Part shown: positions 48,994 through 59,920 of the stretch, piece by piece
How positions within the stretch are numbered: position 1 is the stretch's first letter
Layout: each line of letters begins with the position of its first letter
Source: Candidatus Bathyarchaeota archaeon
Lineage (GTDB): Archaea; Thermoproteota; Bathyarchaeia; Bathyarchaeales; Bathycorpusculaceae
DNA length: 64,000 bases
Direction: 5' to 3'
Assembly (NCBI GenBank): GCA_963832745.1
Contig: CAWHVC010000005.1
Location: 448,001 to 512,000, forward strand
Notes under the pieces: model-generated
The model's input: the letters and a program-made list of their open reading frames with translations, nothing else
Databases searched by the model: none
Told to the model about the DNA's origin: nothing
Made by a program: the position numbers and the translations under genes

Positions 48994-49965
48994 ATGGGAA
49001 ATCTCACTGTAGCCGTCTTAGGCAGTTTAAATTATGCAAACAACCTTGGCAAAAAAGGAACCTCAACAGACATCACTTTTTATAACCTCAAAAAAGGCGA
49101 AGACACAATCACCTTCATTGAACCAACACGCTACCCCGAACGGTTAGCACCACTTTACTACGCGGTTTCACTCGCAAAAAAAGCCGTCATAGCAGTTGAC
49201 GAAGTAAACGCGCAACTGGGCGAATGCATCGTTATGCTACAGGTTGCAGGCATAGAAAGTGGCTACTTTGTACTACGCAACTATATCCCAAAAGAGAAAA
49301 TCTTGCCCTTAATCAAAGGAACAAGCCTAGAAAAATTCGAAATAGTCAACGACGACCCTATCCAAATTAGAGAACAATTACTTGCAGAAGCAGCAAAACA
49401 AGCAACCCCTGAACTTCCAGCAGGACAGCAAGCAGTTGGAACAGTTCCTGTTGACCACGCTTTTAACGTTAAAGGCGTCGGCGTTGTTGTACTCGGTGTC
49501 GTTGCTAACGGGTTTGTTCAAAAACATGCAAACCTCAAAGTGCTGCCTGGAGCAAAAACTGCTCAAGTCCGTTCCATCCAGAAGCACGATGAAGAATACG
49601 ACCTTTCCGGTGAAGGCGACCGAGTTGGTTTAGCACTAAAAAACATTGATGTTGAAGACCTTGATAGGGGTGCAGTTTTAACCAATGACCCTTCGGTTAA
49701 GACAGGTAACACTTTGAAGTGTGAAGCGCAACTGGTGAAATATTGGCCTTCACCGCTTAAGCAGGGCATGGTTATGCATGTTGGCCACTGGACACAATTC
49801 TTAACCGCAAAAGTGGAAGAAGTTACAGACGAAGCAGATTTTAGAAAAACAAAACTTACTTTGTCGTTGGACAAGCCTCTTGTTTACAGGCAAGACGATA
49901 AGGCTGTGCTTATGTATTTGGAAGGCGCCAAACTGCGTATTGCAGGTACACTCACTTTAACCTAA
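48994..49965 (+). CDS. SelB-like/EF-Tu-related factor with degenerate G domain
   Basis: LGKKGTSTDIT N-terminus lacking an intact P-loop; domain II VDHAFNVKGVGVVVLG, VRSIQKHD, GDRVGLALK. Confidence 0.85.
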   Translation: MGNLTVAVLGSLNYANNLGKKGTSTDITFYNLKKGEDTITFIEPTRYPERLAPLYYAVSLAKKAVIAVDEVNAQLGECIVMLQVAGIESGYFVLRNYIPKEKILPLIKGTSLEKFEIVNDDPIQIREQLLAEAAKQATPELPAGQQAVGTVPVDHAFNVKGVGVVVLGVVANGFVQKHANLKVLPGAKTAQVRSIQKHDEEYDLSGEGDRVGLALKNIDVEDLDRGAVLTNDPSVKTGNTLKCEAQLVKYWPSPLKQGMVMHVGHWTQFLTAKVEEVTDEADFRKTKLTLSLDKPLVYRQDDKAVLMYLEGAKLRIAGTLTLT

Positions 49966-49977
49966 TTCTTCTTTTTG

Positions 49978-50010
49978 TTTGACTAATGTTTGGTAAATTG
50001 ATTAGTCAAA
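49978..50010. promoter_or_regulatory. Perfect 10-bp inverted repeat upstream of the ArsR-like gene
   Basis: TTTGACTAAT-N13-ATTAGTCAAA just upstream of TATA-like sequences. Confidence 0.5.
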
Positions 50011-50055
50011 TAGGCTTAAATTTTATAATCTCTTGATGAACTTCATTCGGAAAGA

Positions 50056-50844
50056 ATGGGGAATATCAAATTGGCGGTTGACTTTGAATCTTTCAATGAG
50101 GTACTTAAACATCCGATTAGGCGAAAAGTAATCCGTGCATTAGGTGAAAAACAAAGCCTAAGCTATGTGGAACTGCTAAACATTACAGAAGCTGCAAACA
50201 CTGGAAAATTTAATTATCACCTTAAAGTTCTCGGAGACCTCATAGAAAAAGACGCCAACGGAAAATACATTCTAACAGAAAAAGGACAACTTGCTTTACA
50301 GTTTTTACTGAAATTCCCTGAGAAAAAACCTGAGCCAACAACAAATTTGCACATGGCAGATGCGGCACTGATTGGTCTTGCAGGCGTATTTTTGATAATT
50401 GCTAATCCGACGCTTTGGATTGGATTATGGATTAGTGTGAACAAGTTTACAGTTCCAGTGTTTACTTTACCGTTTTTTGGACTTGGCACGCTGTTTTATG
50501 GTTTGTTGGTTCCAAGCTTTGTAATGCGTTTTCTTTCTATTAGACGTGCTCATTCCCATGAAATGTACAGCCTGTTTAGGGCGCCACTTGTTGCCTTCCT
50601 AATTCTGCTTGGGCTAATGGCAGCTATGGTTCTCACTGGTTCAGTAAACAGTTTTAATGCAATGATTGAAACGCCAACTGTTATGGTTGCACAGGGACCT
50701 AACTGGACTCACTCAACATATAGCGGGACAGGAGTCAGTTTGTTCATCAATATAATGCAGGGTTTGGTTTTCTCTTTTCTTGGGGTAGCAGTAATCGAAT
50801 TTGCAGGTCGGGCAAGAAAAAAACTGAAAGAGACTAAGCCTTAA
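50056..50844 (+). CDS. ArsR-like wHTH fused to a 4-TM membrane domain
   Basis: LKHPIRRKVI, NTGKFNYHLKVLGDLI, YILTEKG, then TM helices. Confidence 0.85.
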   Translation: MGNIKLAVDFESFNEVLKHPIRRKVIRALGEKQSLSYVELLNITEAANTGKFNYHLKVLGDLIEKDANGKYILTEKGQLALQFLLKFPEKKPEPTTNLHMADAALIGLAGVFLIIANPTLWIGLWISVNKFTVPVFTLPFFGLGTLFYGLLVPSFVMRFLSIRRAHSHEMYSLFRAPLVAFLILLGLMAAMVLTGSVNSFNAMIETPTVMVAQGPNWTHSTYSGTGVSLFINIMQGLVFSFLGVAVIEFAGRARKKLKETKP

Positions 50845-51068
50845 CTGCTTTTTCTTTTGATGGCAGCTAAAACAACGCTTGCAAGAATCAGCACTAATAA
50901 CGTTGCCCCAAAAACGATTAAGGGAATCCTAAAGGCAGGTTCCATGTGCAGCACGTTTGTTCTTGGCAACCCAGCCATGTAAGCGGCAAGAAATATGGCG
51001 ACAAAAACTGCGCCGACACCTTGTGTTGCAAACAGGACTCGGTTAACGTGTTTTTGGGTTAGGTGCAA
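50841..51068 (-). CDS. Small two-TM membrane protein
   Basis: 75-aa ORF with two hydrophobic helices and a basic C-terminus. Confidence 0.65.
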   Translation of the reverse strand: MHLTQKHVNRVLFATQGVGAVFVAIFLAAYMAGLPRTNVLHMEPAFRIPLIVFGATLLVLILASVVLAAIKRKSS

Positions 51069-51279
51069 TGATTGATGCCGCCCTATCTGCCTTTTATTAT
51101 TCGCCTTTTCTTATTAAAATTAATCGCTCTTATTAAGAAAAATTTGAAGATAATATAATCCGTGAAAAATGCATTATACATGCTAAAAAATTGTAAAACA
51201 AAAATTTTATCTTTTAAGTTGATTTTTTCATAAATCTTATAAATGACCTATTTTTAAACTAAATTTAGGTGAAAAATAA

Positions 51280-52291
51280 GTGAAAAAGGAAAATTTAGTT
51301 TTTTCACTTTTTGCGATACTTTTGCTTTTAGCCTCTCTTATGTTTATTCCTTTGGTAAATGCAAGTTGGTGTGGGTTTAGCGATGCAATATGGCGCTTTA
51401 AACCAAGCTGAGGAATTTTACAGTATAAACGAAAGTGGTAACGAGACAAATGCGTGTGCACTCATTAGCTGGTATTATGCTCGTTATCCCTCAGGCTGCA
51501 TACCCTTTAACAATTACTGGTATTTTACAGACGCTGAAGATGTGCGAATATGTCTTGAGGCCCAAGCAACAGGTGAATATGCTGATTGGGTAATTAACTT
51601 TTGGGTTGGAGATTTTCGACCTTCTGATGTATTAGACCCAGCCCCATATGGACATTTATGGTTATACGGTAAGTATGAAAACGAAAGAGAGTTGGATATA
51701 AGCGATAATTTAGTTTTTACTCATAGTACTGTTGGCGGTACGCAAGCGAGTTATGAAAATGTTAATTTTATCTGGACCTGTTGTAATGGTGGTCGATATT
51801 GGACCAGCCCAGGGGTATCCAATGAAATCAACGGAATTACTATTTCTTACATACCTGATAATTTATCGCAACCAACTTTTACGCCTGTAAATACAAATAC
51901 TATGTATGGCTTCATAGATAATGATGGCACCGAGGTAGGAATGCCCTTTGCTTGGACAGGTTGTACGGATTTAAGTCTAAATGGCTATAGTTCCTCAGAC
52001 AACTCGAATTATTGCTATATTGGATTTGAAGGACCTTCACCTGGTTTATCATATACTCTTCCAAATAGTCAGCAATTAGGCTATGATTTTGCTAATTCTT
52101 TCTACTATTATGCAATTACCAATTTACTCAGCGTACACGATGCTCTTAACTCTGCTTCACTATACTGTTATGGAACTGCGAACTTTGCCTCAACCCCATT
52201 GTACCAAGGCTGGTGGTGGACTGCAAATGGATTCTGGTGGTTTACTACTATGCGTGTCTTAGGCGATTCGTTATATTGTTCCCCTGGATAA
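51280..52291 (+). pseudogene. Secreted protein whose signal peptide is frameshifted from the body
   Basis: AGGTGA SD plus GTG 51280 gives MKKENLVFSLFAILLLLASLMFIPLVNA in a different frame from ORF 51359-52291 (FIWTCCNG, GMPFAWT, YIGFEGPSP motifs). Confidence 0.65.
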
Positions 52292-52305
52292 AAGGAGATA
52301 AATTG

Positions 52306-53508
52306 ATGAAAAAAATTTTAAAACTTTTTTTAATAGCCCCAATAATTTGCTCTTTGGTAGTTGGAGCCATTAACTTTACAAATGCAAACAGTACTCAATC
52401 TAATCTTGACAAGACAAATGCGTTCTTATCTGATGTTCTAGGACTTGATATGGCAAAATACTCCCTAATTGACCCTCCATTCAAGCAAAACATCACTCAT
52501 ATAACAAACATTGCCTCAACGCCCAATGAAACATCTCCGGATACAAATCCAAACGAAAGGATTGGTATTGACCTCGAAACACCAAGTTACTATTTTAAGT
52601 CTAAAAGTGGTACAATCGACGTTATGAGCTGCTTTTATGACGGAAAATTATCTTCAGTAAATATCAACCCTCTAGAAAACGAATGCAAATATATCTATGC
52701 AAACTCACCAGGTACCGATTTAAAGACCCAGACAAACTCAATTCTATCAAAATACGCAACCCTCTTATCAAAACAAGCAACTGAAGCTTCATTCCTAACA
52801 CCAATGAATAGCATGTTAAGCACTATAGATTTTCAAAAACCCACTAATTTGACTATTGGCAACATAAATTTCCAATTAACAATTGATGGAAACAAAACCA
52901 ATTTACAATGGTTTTACACTGAGAACACCCCAATTACAAATTACAAACGTGTTGAATTGGATTTCAATAATGGACAACTTGAGTCTTTTGCTGATAGTTG
53001 GAGTCTATACAAGATAAGTAGTTTGAATACCCTTACCGAAAAACAAGCAAGGGCGATAGCGTTGGATGCTGCACAAAAAATCACTCTCAAATTTGAAAAT
53101 GCGAAAGGCGAAACCCTGAAGGTAGATGCCCCTGATCTAACAAGTGCACCACTTCAGATTCAGCTCGGCATGTTTCCCATCTATAATCTTCGCTCAAACC
53201 TACCTGACGGTGCATTTATAGACCCTTATGCACTCTATCCAGTTTGGAGTTTCAGTTTTAGCTTTAATGAAACTATTATCGATGTAGACGGCATTCAAGG
53301 CGGTATTTTAGGTGATACGTCACAGGTTCTCTATGTGCAGCCTTATGGTCATTTAGGCATATTACCCTCAAATTCTGCCGTTGAACCCACGGATACAACC
53401 AACTCGGTCAATTCTTCAGGTATTTGGATAGGCATAGTGATTATTGTCACTTTAGTGTTAATCATTTGTGTTCCTATAGCTTTTCGCAAAAAAATTCATA
53501 GAAGTTAA
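52306..53508 (+). CDS. Secreted membrane-anchored hypothetical protein
   Basis: AGGAG SD, signal peptide MKKILKLFLIAPII..., LTEKQARAIA and LYPVW (PepSY-like) motifs, C-terminal TM plus RKK. Confidence 0.78.
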   Translation: MKKILKLFLIAPIICSLVVGAINFTNANSTQSNLDKTNAFLSDVLGLDMAKYSLIDPPFKQNITHITNIASTPNETSPDTNPNERIGIDLETPSYYFKSKSGTIDVMSCFYDGKLSSVNINPLENECKYIYANSPGTDLKTQTNSILSKYATLLSKQATEASFLTPMNSMLSTIDFQKPTNLTIGNINFQLTIDGNKTNLQWFYTENTPITNYKRVELDFNNGQLESFADSWSLYKISSLNTLTEKQARAIALDAAQKITLKFENAKGETLKVDAPDLTSAPLQIQLGMFPIYNLRSNLPDGAFIDPYALYPVWSFSFSFNETIIDVDGIQGGILGDTSQVLYVQPYGHLGILPSNSAVEPTDTTNSVNSSGIWIGIVIIVTLVLIICVPIAFRKKIHRS

Positions 53509-53650
53509 CCGTCTTTTTTTCTTTTATTTATCGTTAATAGTTAGTTTTAGCATAATTAGGCATTTAATTTTAAGTTTCGTTAAGCCATTTTTACGAAAAC
53601 ATTTTATTCAAAGCGCGCGCATGATTTTGTTAACGCATAGTTGAAACTTT

Positions 53651-54565
53651 ATGGCTAATAAAAAATTCTATACACCAATTAAAATTGGCTTGCTAATTGT
53701 TACAGTCGCGTATTTCCTTTTTAATCTGCACACGATGGCTACGATTGAATGGATTGGTGAATGGGCAAGAACTCCCGGGTCATTTAACACTATCCAGTTA
53801 ATTGAAGACATGAATGCTACAGTAGGCAACGCTTTCAGAATGGCAGGCAGCGTAATAGCCCTTACAGCTATACTGTACTTTTTTGTTAAGAAAAGCTTCT
53901 CAGAAAAAAGAAGCTACTTTATAGTCAAATTTGTTTTGGCTTGTGAGGGAATCTACTGGTTTGGTCTTTTAGCTTCGGGCATATCAGGCGTTTATAGAGT
54001 TCTTTTTTTAGGTTTAAACAATTCAACGTACAGTTTGGGTTACGTTTTACCAGCAGTCTTTGAATCCACAATAGTTCCCATAGTTATTTTGGTTTTTGCG
54101 TTCAAGTTAAGCCCAAACAAGCCAATCAAAAACACAATAAATTGGGGATTGATTGCGGGAACAGTACTGATTGTGGCCTACTGGCTGCTTAACACCGGCA
54201 TATGGGCGCTAACTATCCCAGTTAAGGGCACAGAATACTTGACCCAGTACCCACAACTCATGGTTGCGTTTCTTTCTACAGCTGTCGGCTTACTGGCATT
54301 AAGCATATACGCAGTTTACGCTACAAAGAAACTATCAGGAACTCAAAGCCTGGAAAGCTTGAACCTTAAACCAGTAGGCGTCATTGTAACAGGTTTAGGC
54401 GTCTGGTACCTCTGGAATTACCTCACGTGGATATTTTTCGGCGGCAACTACATGTGGAGCGACTGGTATGCTTGGCTATTGGGACACAATATGGACTTGT
54501 GGATGCTATCTCTGCCTTTGGCGGGTTTGCCCCTGCTTTTTATGAGCCTTAACAAAGAAAAGTAA
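53651..54565 (+). CDS. Hypothetical multi-pass membrane protein
   Basis: 304 aa, about 8 TM segments. Confidence 0.75.
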   Translation: MANKKFYTPIKIGLLIVTVAYFLFNLHTMATIEWIGEWARTPGSFNTIQLIEDMNATVGNAFRMAGSVIALTAILYFFVKKSFSEKRSYFIVKFVLACEGIYWFGLLASGISGVYRVLFLGLNNSTYSLGYVLPAVFESTIVPIVILVFAFKLSPNKPIKNTINWGLIAGTVLIVAYWLLNTGIWALTIPVKGTEYLTQYPQLMVAFLSTAVGLLALSIYAVYATKKLSGTQSLESLNLKPVGVIVTGLGVWYLWNYLTWIFFGGNYMWSDWYAWLLGHNMDLWMLSLPLAGLPLLFMSLNKEK

Positions 54566-54729
54566 ATTTAGACAATAAACTAAAGTGGGCAGCCAAACTT
54601 GCACAGTTAACAAGAAAAGTGTTACAAAAAGTACCAATTTTTTTGTTAACTCTAAAATTTTCATCTATTTGTTGTTCAATTTACCCAAGATTATTTAAGG
54701 ATAAACATTAGAATTAACATAACCTATTT

Positions 54730-57660
54730 GTGGCGGGGAGAAGGATGATTAGAGGTAACGCTTTGTCAATTAAAATCTTGCATGTAGAAGATGACGTTCA
54801 TTTCGCACAAATTTCAAAAACGATTTTAGAGGCTGAAAATAATTTCGAAATAGAAATTGCTTCTTCCGTCAAAGAAGCCTACGAAAAAATGGAAAAAACC
54901 CATTATGACGTTGTAATTTCAGATTTTGAATTGCCACTTCAGGACGGTTTGTCTTTTCTTGAAGAACTTGCCAAAACTGAAAAAGAGTTGCCGTTTATTT
55001 TATTTACAGGGAAAGGCCGAGAAGAAGTAGCCATTAAAGCATTAAATCTTGGCGCCTGCGGCTACGTGAACAAGCTGGGTAACCCTGAAACAGTTTTCGG
55101 GGAGCTGGCTTACTACATTGTTCAAGCGGTAGAGCAAAAAAGACAAAAAAGGTTAGCCCAAACCCTCCTGGACACTTTGCCTTGTGTAGCCTTGCTGCTT
55201 AAACCCAACACTAGAGAAATTGTTGCCTCAAACAAGGCAGCTATCGAAGCAGGCGCGGTACCGGGAAAAACATGTTATGCAGCATGGGGTAAACGTGAAA
55301 GTCCTTGCTTGTGGTGTTTAGCGCCTAAGATGTGGTTAACTAATCAGCCGCAACATTTAGAGGTAGAAGATGGAGACGTAATTTGGGATGCATATTGGGT
55401 TCCAGTAGAAAAAGACTTGTATCTTCACTACGCGTTTGATGTTACGGCGTTAAGACAAAAAGAAAAGAAGCTAACCGAAAGCGAAAACAAATTTCGCACC
55501 GTTGCAGACTTCATGTTCGACTGGGAATACTGGGTATCCCCCGACAACAAGTTACTGTTTGTTTCGCCTTCAAGTAAAAGATTGACAGGTTACAGCGCTG
55601 AAGAATTCATCAAAAACCCCAACTTACTATACGAAATCATTCATCCAGACGACAAACCCAGCCTAATAGACCATTTCACCAAAATAACAAAAGAGGCCGC
55701 ACATTTTCGTGACTTTCGCATAATCACCAAAAACGGTGAAACCCGTTGGCTTGCACACGCTTGCCAACCAGTGTTTGACGAAAACGGAGTTTTTCTGGGA
55801 CGCAGAACAAGCAACCGTGAAGTTACTGAACGTAAAAAAGCTGAACAAGCACTAAATGAAAGTGAAAAACGTTGGGAAGCAACCCTTTCAAGCATCGGAG
55901 ACGCGGTAATAGCGACTGATACAGCTTCCAAAATCACTTTTATGAATAAGACAGCTAAAGAAGCTACAGGATGGCCTTTAAATGAAGCTAAAGGTAAACC
56001 TCTTGGACAAGTTTTTAACATTATAAACGAACACACGCGATTGCCGGTTGAGAATCCAGTTAAAAAAGTGCTTGAAAAAGGCGCCGTCGTGGGTTTGGCT
56101 AACCACACTATTTTGGTACGTAAAGACGGTGCTACTTTACCGATTGATGACAGTGGAGCACCTATTAAAGATGAAAATGGAAAAATTACTGGTGCCGTTC
56201 TGGTGTTTCGAGATATTGCTGAACGTAAAAAAGCAGAGGCAGCACTTGAAGCCAGCGAAAAACGGTATCATCAACTTTTTACTTCAATGACGGAGCAGTT
56301 TCAACTTTTTGAGTTAGTGTTTGACGGAAAAGGGTGTCCGGTTGATTACCGGATTTTGGATGTTAACCCCGCTTTTGAGGCGCTTGTTGGAAAAGCAAGA
56401 GAACAACTGGTGGATAAACTGGTTGTTAGGGATCTTTGGCCGGTTGAACAGTACTGGCTGGAAATGTTTAATGAAGTGTTTAAAACTGGCAGGGCGAAAC
56501 ATTACGAAAATTATGGCGACGCGTTTGGAAGATACTATGACTTGTGTATTTTCAAGGTAAATGAAAGTCAGTTAGCTTCAATAGCTACAGATATTACCGA
56601 ACGTAAAAAAGCTGAGCAAGAAATAGCTGATTTAGCCAGGTTTCCTTCTGAAAACCCTAATCCTGTGCTTCGTATTTCTGGAGAGGGAAAAATATTGTTC
56701 CATAATAATGCCGCGAAAGTTTTTGTGGACAAAGAAGGTTTAGCTGTGTTGCCCACGATTGTTCGGCATGCTAAAGGGGTTTTGAAGACCAACCGGAAAA
56801 AAGACTTTGAAATCGCTGTTAACAAGCGGGTTTTCCTGTTTTCTTTTGCGCCAATCACGAGTTCTGGCTACACGAACATGTATGGCATGGATATTACTGA
56901 AAAGAAGATGATGGAGGCTAAACTTGCTAAGTATTCTAAGGATTTGGAAGGTTTAGTTAAGGAACGGTCGAGTCAGCTTAACTTGGCGGAGCAGCAATTA
57001 GTGAAGTCGGAGCGGCTTGCCGCGATTGGTGAATTAGCGGGCATGATTGGGCATGACTTGCGTAATCCTTTAACGGGTATTAAAACTTCGATTTATTACT
57101 TGAAAAAGACCAAGTTTGCTGAATCGGGAACTCAAGCTAAAGAAATGATTGAGATAATAGAGAAATGTATTGACCATTCTAACAAAATAATTAACGATTT
57201 GCTTGAGTATTCAAAAGAGGTGCAGTTGGAACCGCAGCCAAGCACGCCTAAAGCGTTGATTCTTGAAACCATCGCTATGATGAAGACGCCAAGCAGTATA
57301 ACAATAAACAACAATGTTTTGGATGAAGCTTGCTTAACTGTTGATTTAGATAAGATGAAACGTGTATTTTCTAACCTTATCAAAAATGCTGTTGAAGCAA
57401 TGCCAAACGGTGGTGTTTTGACAATCTGTTGCAATCAAGGGGATGGCTGTTTTGAGTTTTCTTTTGCTGATACTGGACCGGGGATTCCTCCGAAGGTTAT
57501 GCAGAAAATCTTTTCGCCGTTGGTTACGACTAAGGCGCAGGGGATGGGTTTTGGTTTGGCAATTTGCAAACGGGTTGTTGAGGCTCATGGGGGCACGATA
57601 CACGTGGAGACTTCGTCTAGGGGTACAGAATTCACGATTAAGGTTCCGACAAAACGTTAA
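54730..57660 (+). CDS. Hybrid sensor kinase REC-PAS(n)-HisKA-HATPase
   Basis: ILHVEDD...FILFTGKGREE receiver, several PAS/PAC repeats (DITERKKAE), GHDLRNPL, NLIKNA, DTGPG, GMGFGL. Confidence 0.95.
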   Translation: MAGRRMIRGNALSIKILHVEDDVHFAQISKTILEAENNFEIEIASSVKEAYEKMEKTHYDVVISDFELPLQDGLSFLEELAKTEKELPFILFTGKGREEVAIKALNLGACGYVNKLGNPETVFGELAYYIVQAVEQKRQKRLAQTLLDTLPCVALLLKPNTREIVASNKAAIEAGAVPGKTCYAAWGKRESPCLWCLAPKMWLTNQPQHLEVEDGDVIWDAYWVPVEKDLYLHYAFDVTALRQKEKKLTESENKFRTVADFMFDWEYWVSPDNKLLFVSPSSKRLTGYSAEEFIKNPNLLYEIIHPDDKPSLIDHFTKITKEAAHFRDFRIITKNGETRWLAHACQPVFDENGVFLGRRTSNREVTERKKAEQALNESEKRWEATLSSIGDAVIATDTASKITFMNKTAKEATGWPLNEAKGKPLGQVFNIINEHTRLPVENPVKKVLEKGAVVGLANHTILVRKDGATLPIDDSGAPIKDENGKITGAVLVFRDIAERKKAEAALEASEKRYHQLFTSMTEQFQLFELVFDGKGCPVDYRILDVNPAFEALVGKAREQLVDKLVVRDLWPVEQYWLEMFNEVFKTGRAKHYENYGDAFGRYYDLCIFKVNESQLASIATDITERKKAEQEIADLARFPSENPNPVLRISGEGKILFHNNAAKVFVDKEGLAVLPTIVRHAKGVLKTNRKKDFEIAVNKRVFLFSFAPITSSGYTNMYGMDITEKKMMEAKLAKYSKDLEGLVKERSSQLNLAEQQLVKSERLAAIGELAGMIGHDLRNPLTGIKTSIYYLKKTKFAESGTQAKEMIEIIEKCIDHSNKIINDLLEYSKEVQLEPQPSTPKALILETIAMMKTPSSITINNNVLDEACLTVDLDKMKRVFSNLIKNAVEAMPNGGVLTICCNQGDGCFEFSFADTGPGIPPKVMQKIFSPLVTTKAQGMGFGLAICKRVVEAHGGTIHVETSSRGTEFTIKVPTKR

Positions 57661-57783
57661 AACCGTTACTCTAGGCAAGACAGGATGAAGAATAAACTGT
57701 TAGTGGTAGTGTTCACCCTGTAACAACAATTTTTATGCTCCCACCCGAACTGTATATTCAGTATTTTTTGGAGACACTATAAA

Positions 57784-58323
57784 ATGAGTTCATCTTCTGG
57801 AGCCTATCGAGCAATAGAAATCATTTTGGGCATAATTGCTTTGGCAGCAGGTATCTTGGCACTGTTTTTCCCTACCGCCGTCGTTGTTACTTTGGTCGTG
57901 TTTTTCGGCATTGCACTTTTGGCTATTGGCATCTTGAGAATTGCTTCTGCGGTTTCAACAAGTCGCATGTATGGGTCAACTCGGGGAACAAACGCGGTCA
58001 TCGGTATAATAATGTTAATCGTTGGTGCTTTGATTCTGTTTTTCCCAGCTATTGCAACCGCGACAATCGTTATTTTGATTGGTTTTGCTATTTTGATTTA
58101 CGGTTTAGGTAGACTGGTTGTGGGTGGAGCAGCACGCAATCTCAGTGGAGGATTACGCGCGGCATTAATAGTCTTAGGCGTACTGTTGGCAATCTTTGGA
58201 ATAATTATTATTCTGTTTCCAGTAGTCGGCGTTTACACGTACGCGTTCTTCGTTGCTTTGGCGTTGATGCTAATTGGCATAGATGCGATAGCGTCAGGTT
58301 CAATCGGCATACCCCTCACTTAA
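57784..58323 (+). CDS. HdeD/DUF308 membrane protein
   Basis: Three repeats of the G...I.G...LF.P hairpin motif. Confidence 0.85.
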   Translation: MSSSSGAYRAIEIILGIIALAAGILALFFPTAVVVTLVVFFGIALLAIGILRIASAVSTSRMYGSTRGTNAVIGIIMLIVGALILFFPAIATATIVILIGFAILIYGLGRLVVGGAARNLSGGLRAALIVLGVLLAIFGIIIILFPVVGVYTYAFFVALALMLIGIDAIASGSIGIPLT

Positions 58324-58342
58324 ACCCCTTCTTTTTGGCGGT

Positions 58343-58999
58343 TTAAGTCCAAACGATGTAGGATACTACAAGAAACATTACAGCTAAAGAGCCCAAGATT
58401 AAGCCTAGCAGCCAACGGTACTTACCTACGGCTTTGCCAAGCTGCACGCCATACCATGTGACCCAAGCAACCCCCAAAATGTTAGAGATAAACCAAGCAG
58501 TCAACTTGTCAGGCAACAAAAGAAACGGCAACGCCATCAAAAAACCCACAGTTAAATAAATTCCCAGAATCGAGGCGCCACCCAAAAACTCGTCACGAGT
58601 CAACACTTTGTTTGTGCCAATATCCGCGTCCTTCACGTACACAATGAGGTCTTTAGCAACCGCCCGTTTACCCTCCAAAGTGAAACCTTCAAGAAAAGTG
58701 CCATCAAAATTCTTCACAGCTGCATCCACAGAAACCTTGCATTCAGCGCAGTCTCTAAGGATTATGAGTTTTTTGCGGATGTTGTTGCGTTCGATTGAAC
58801 TGGAAACCGCATAAATCAATCCATCAATTAGGCCCCAACCAAAACATGCACCCAAATTCACCGCCACAATGTAACCGAAGCCGTTGTTTAAGTCAGAAAG
58901 GGCAACGTAACCGTTAATGATTATGACCATCAGGACGGCAAAAGCAATTTCCCCAGTACGGTCACTATAAGACAAATAACGCTTAGCCACAAAAACCAC
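58343..58999 (-). CDS. VIT1/CCC1-like membrane protein
   Basis: DRTGEIAFAVLM, NLGACFGWGLIDG, ALPFLL; five TM helices. Confidence 0.6.
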   Translation of the reverse strand: MVFVAKRYLSYSDRTGEIAFAVLMVIIINGYVALSDLNNGFGYIVAVNLGACFGWGLIDGLIYAVSSSIERNNIRKKLIILRDCAECKVSVDAAVKNFDGTFLEGFTLEGKRAVAKDLIVYVKDADIGTNKVLTRDEFLGGASILGIYLTVGFLMALPFLLLPDKLTAWFISNILGVAWVTWYGVQLGKAVGKYRWLLGLILGSLAVMFLVVSYIVWT

Positions 59000-59093
59000 T
59001 ACCTAACAAGTAAGAAAAAAGCAACAAATAAACAATTACGAAAAAATAGCCCCGTGAAAGTGGCCATATTTGTATCCTATATAAGAGTCTCAA

Positions 59094-59200
59094 AAGGGTT
59101 CTGTAAAGTCTTTATCGGAACTCTCCAAAAATTTGTCCATGTAAAGTTTCATCGGATGTCGGGCGGGCATATGAGTTCTGGACAGCCGATAACACTTCTA
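59094..59200. repeat. Dispersed element A, copy 2 (plus inverted half-site CCGATAACAC)
   Basis: Matches 11158-11250. Confidence 0.85.
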
Positions 59201-59348
59201 TCGTAAATCTTACGAGTAAAAGGGGCTTGATAAGGGCTAGTGAAGCCATGCAACTGAGGGTTTTATAGAGGTTGGAAAATCTTGGTTGCATATTGCTCTG
59301 GATAATTGTTATATATTTAATATACCAAATATTGTTTTTGAAAAAAAA

Positions 59349-59813
59349 ATGGCAACCAAGGGAAGTATTGTTTATACGGCTATATTGGCATGGACAACAA
59401 CCTTAACCGCATTTTTTACGACTGGCAGTTTTTTTAGTCCTTATGGCGTTATTATTTTTTTGATTTGTTCTATTGCAATAACTTTTGGTGGCGTTTACTA
59501 TTATAAAACTACAATTTTAAAACGGGAAAACCAGTATCCAAAACCTTTCAAACCCATAACTTCTAAAATGGTTAAAACGAAAAGGGTTTTTTTTACATTA
59601 TTTACCAGTATTGAGAGTTTTGAGGGAATTTTATCTCTTTTAGTTGTTTATTTTGGTTTTCAATTTCTGATAGATATACCTGCGAATCTGATTGATGCCA
59701 CTGTTTTATCACAACTTCAAATATCTTTCACTATATTGGCAATAGTGGGTATTTTACTATTGATTGATGGGGTGAGGCGTTTTTGGAAGGAAGTTATAAA
59801 GACACGCTATTAG
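59349..59813 (+). CDS. Hypothetical four-TM membrane protein
   Basis: ATG at 59349 follows a TATA-like TATATTTAA; AT-rich; track start is 59286. Confidence 0.6.
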   Translation: MATKGSIVYTAILAWTTTLTAFFTTGSFFSPYGVIIFLICSIAITFGGVYYYKTTILKRENQYPKPFKPITSKMVKTKRVFFTLFTSIESFEGILSLLVVYFGFQFLIDIPANLIDATVLSQLQISFTILAIVGILLLIDGVRRFWKEVIKTRY

Positions 59814-59920
59814 TCTTTGGTTTACTTGCGTTTTGAATTAAAGTTATCCACTTATTTTTGCCTTCGATTTGTATTCCGCATGCGCTAGCTGGGGTTTGTA
59901 CGTCTATTTTCCTTTTTAGC

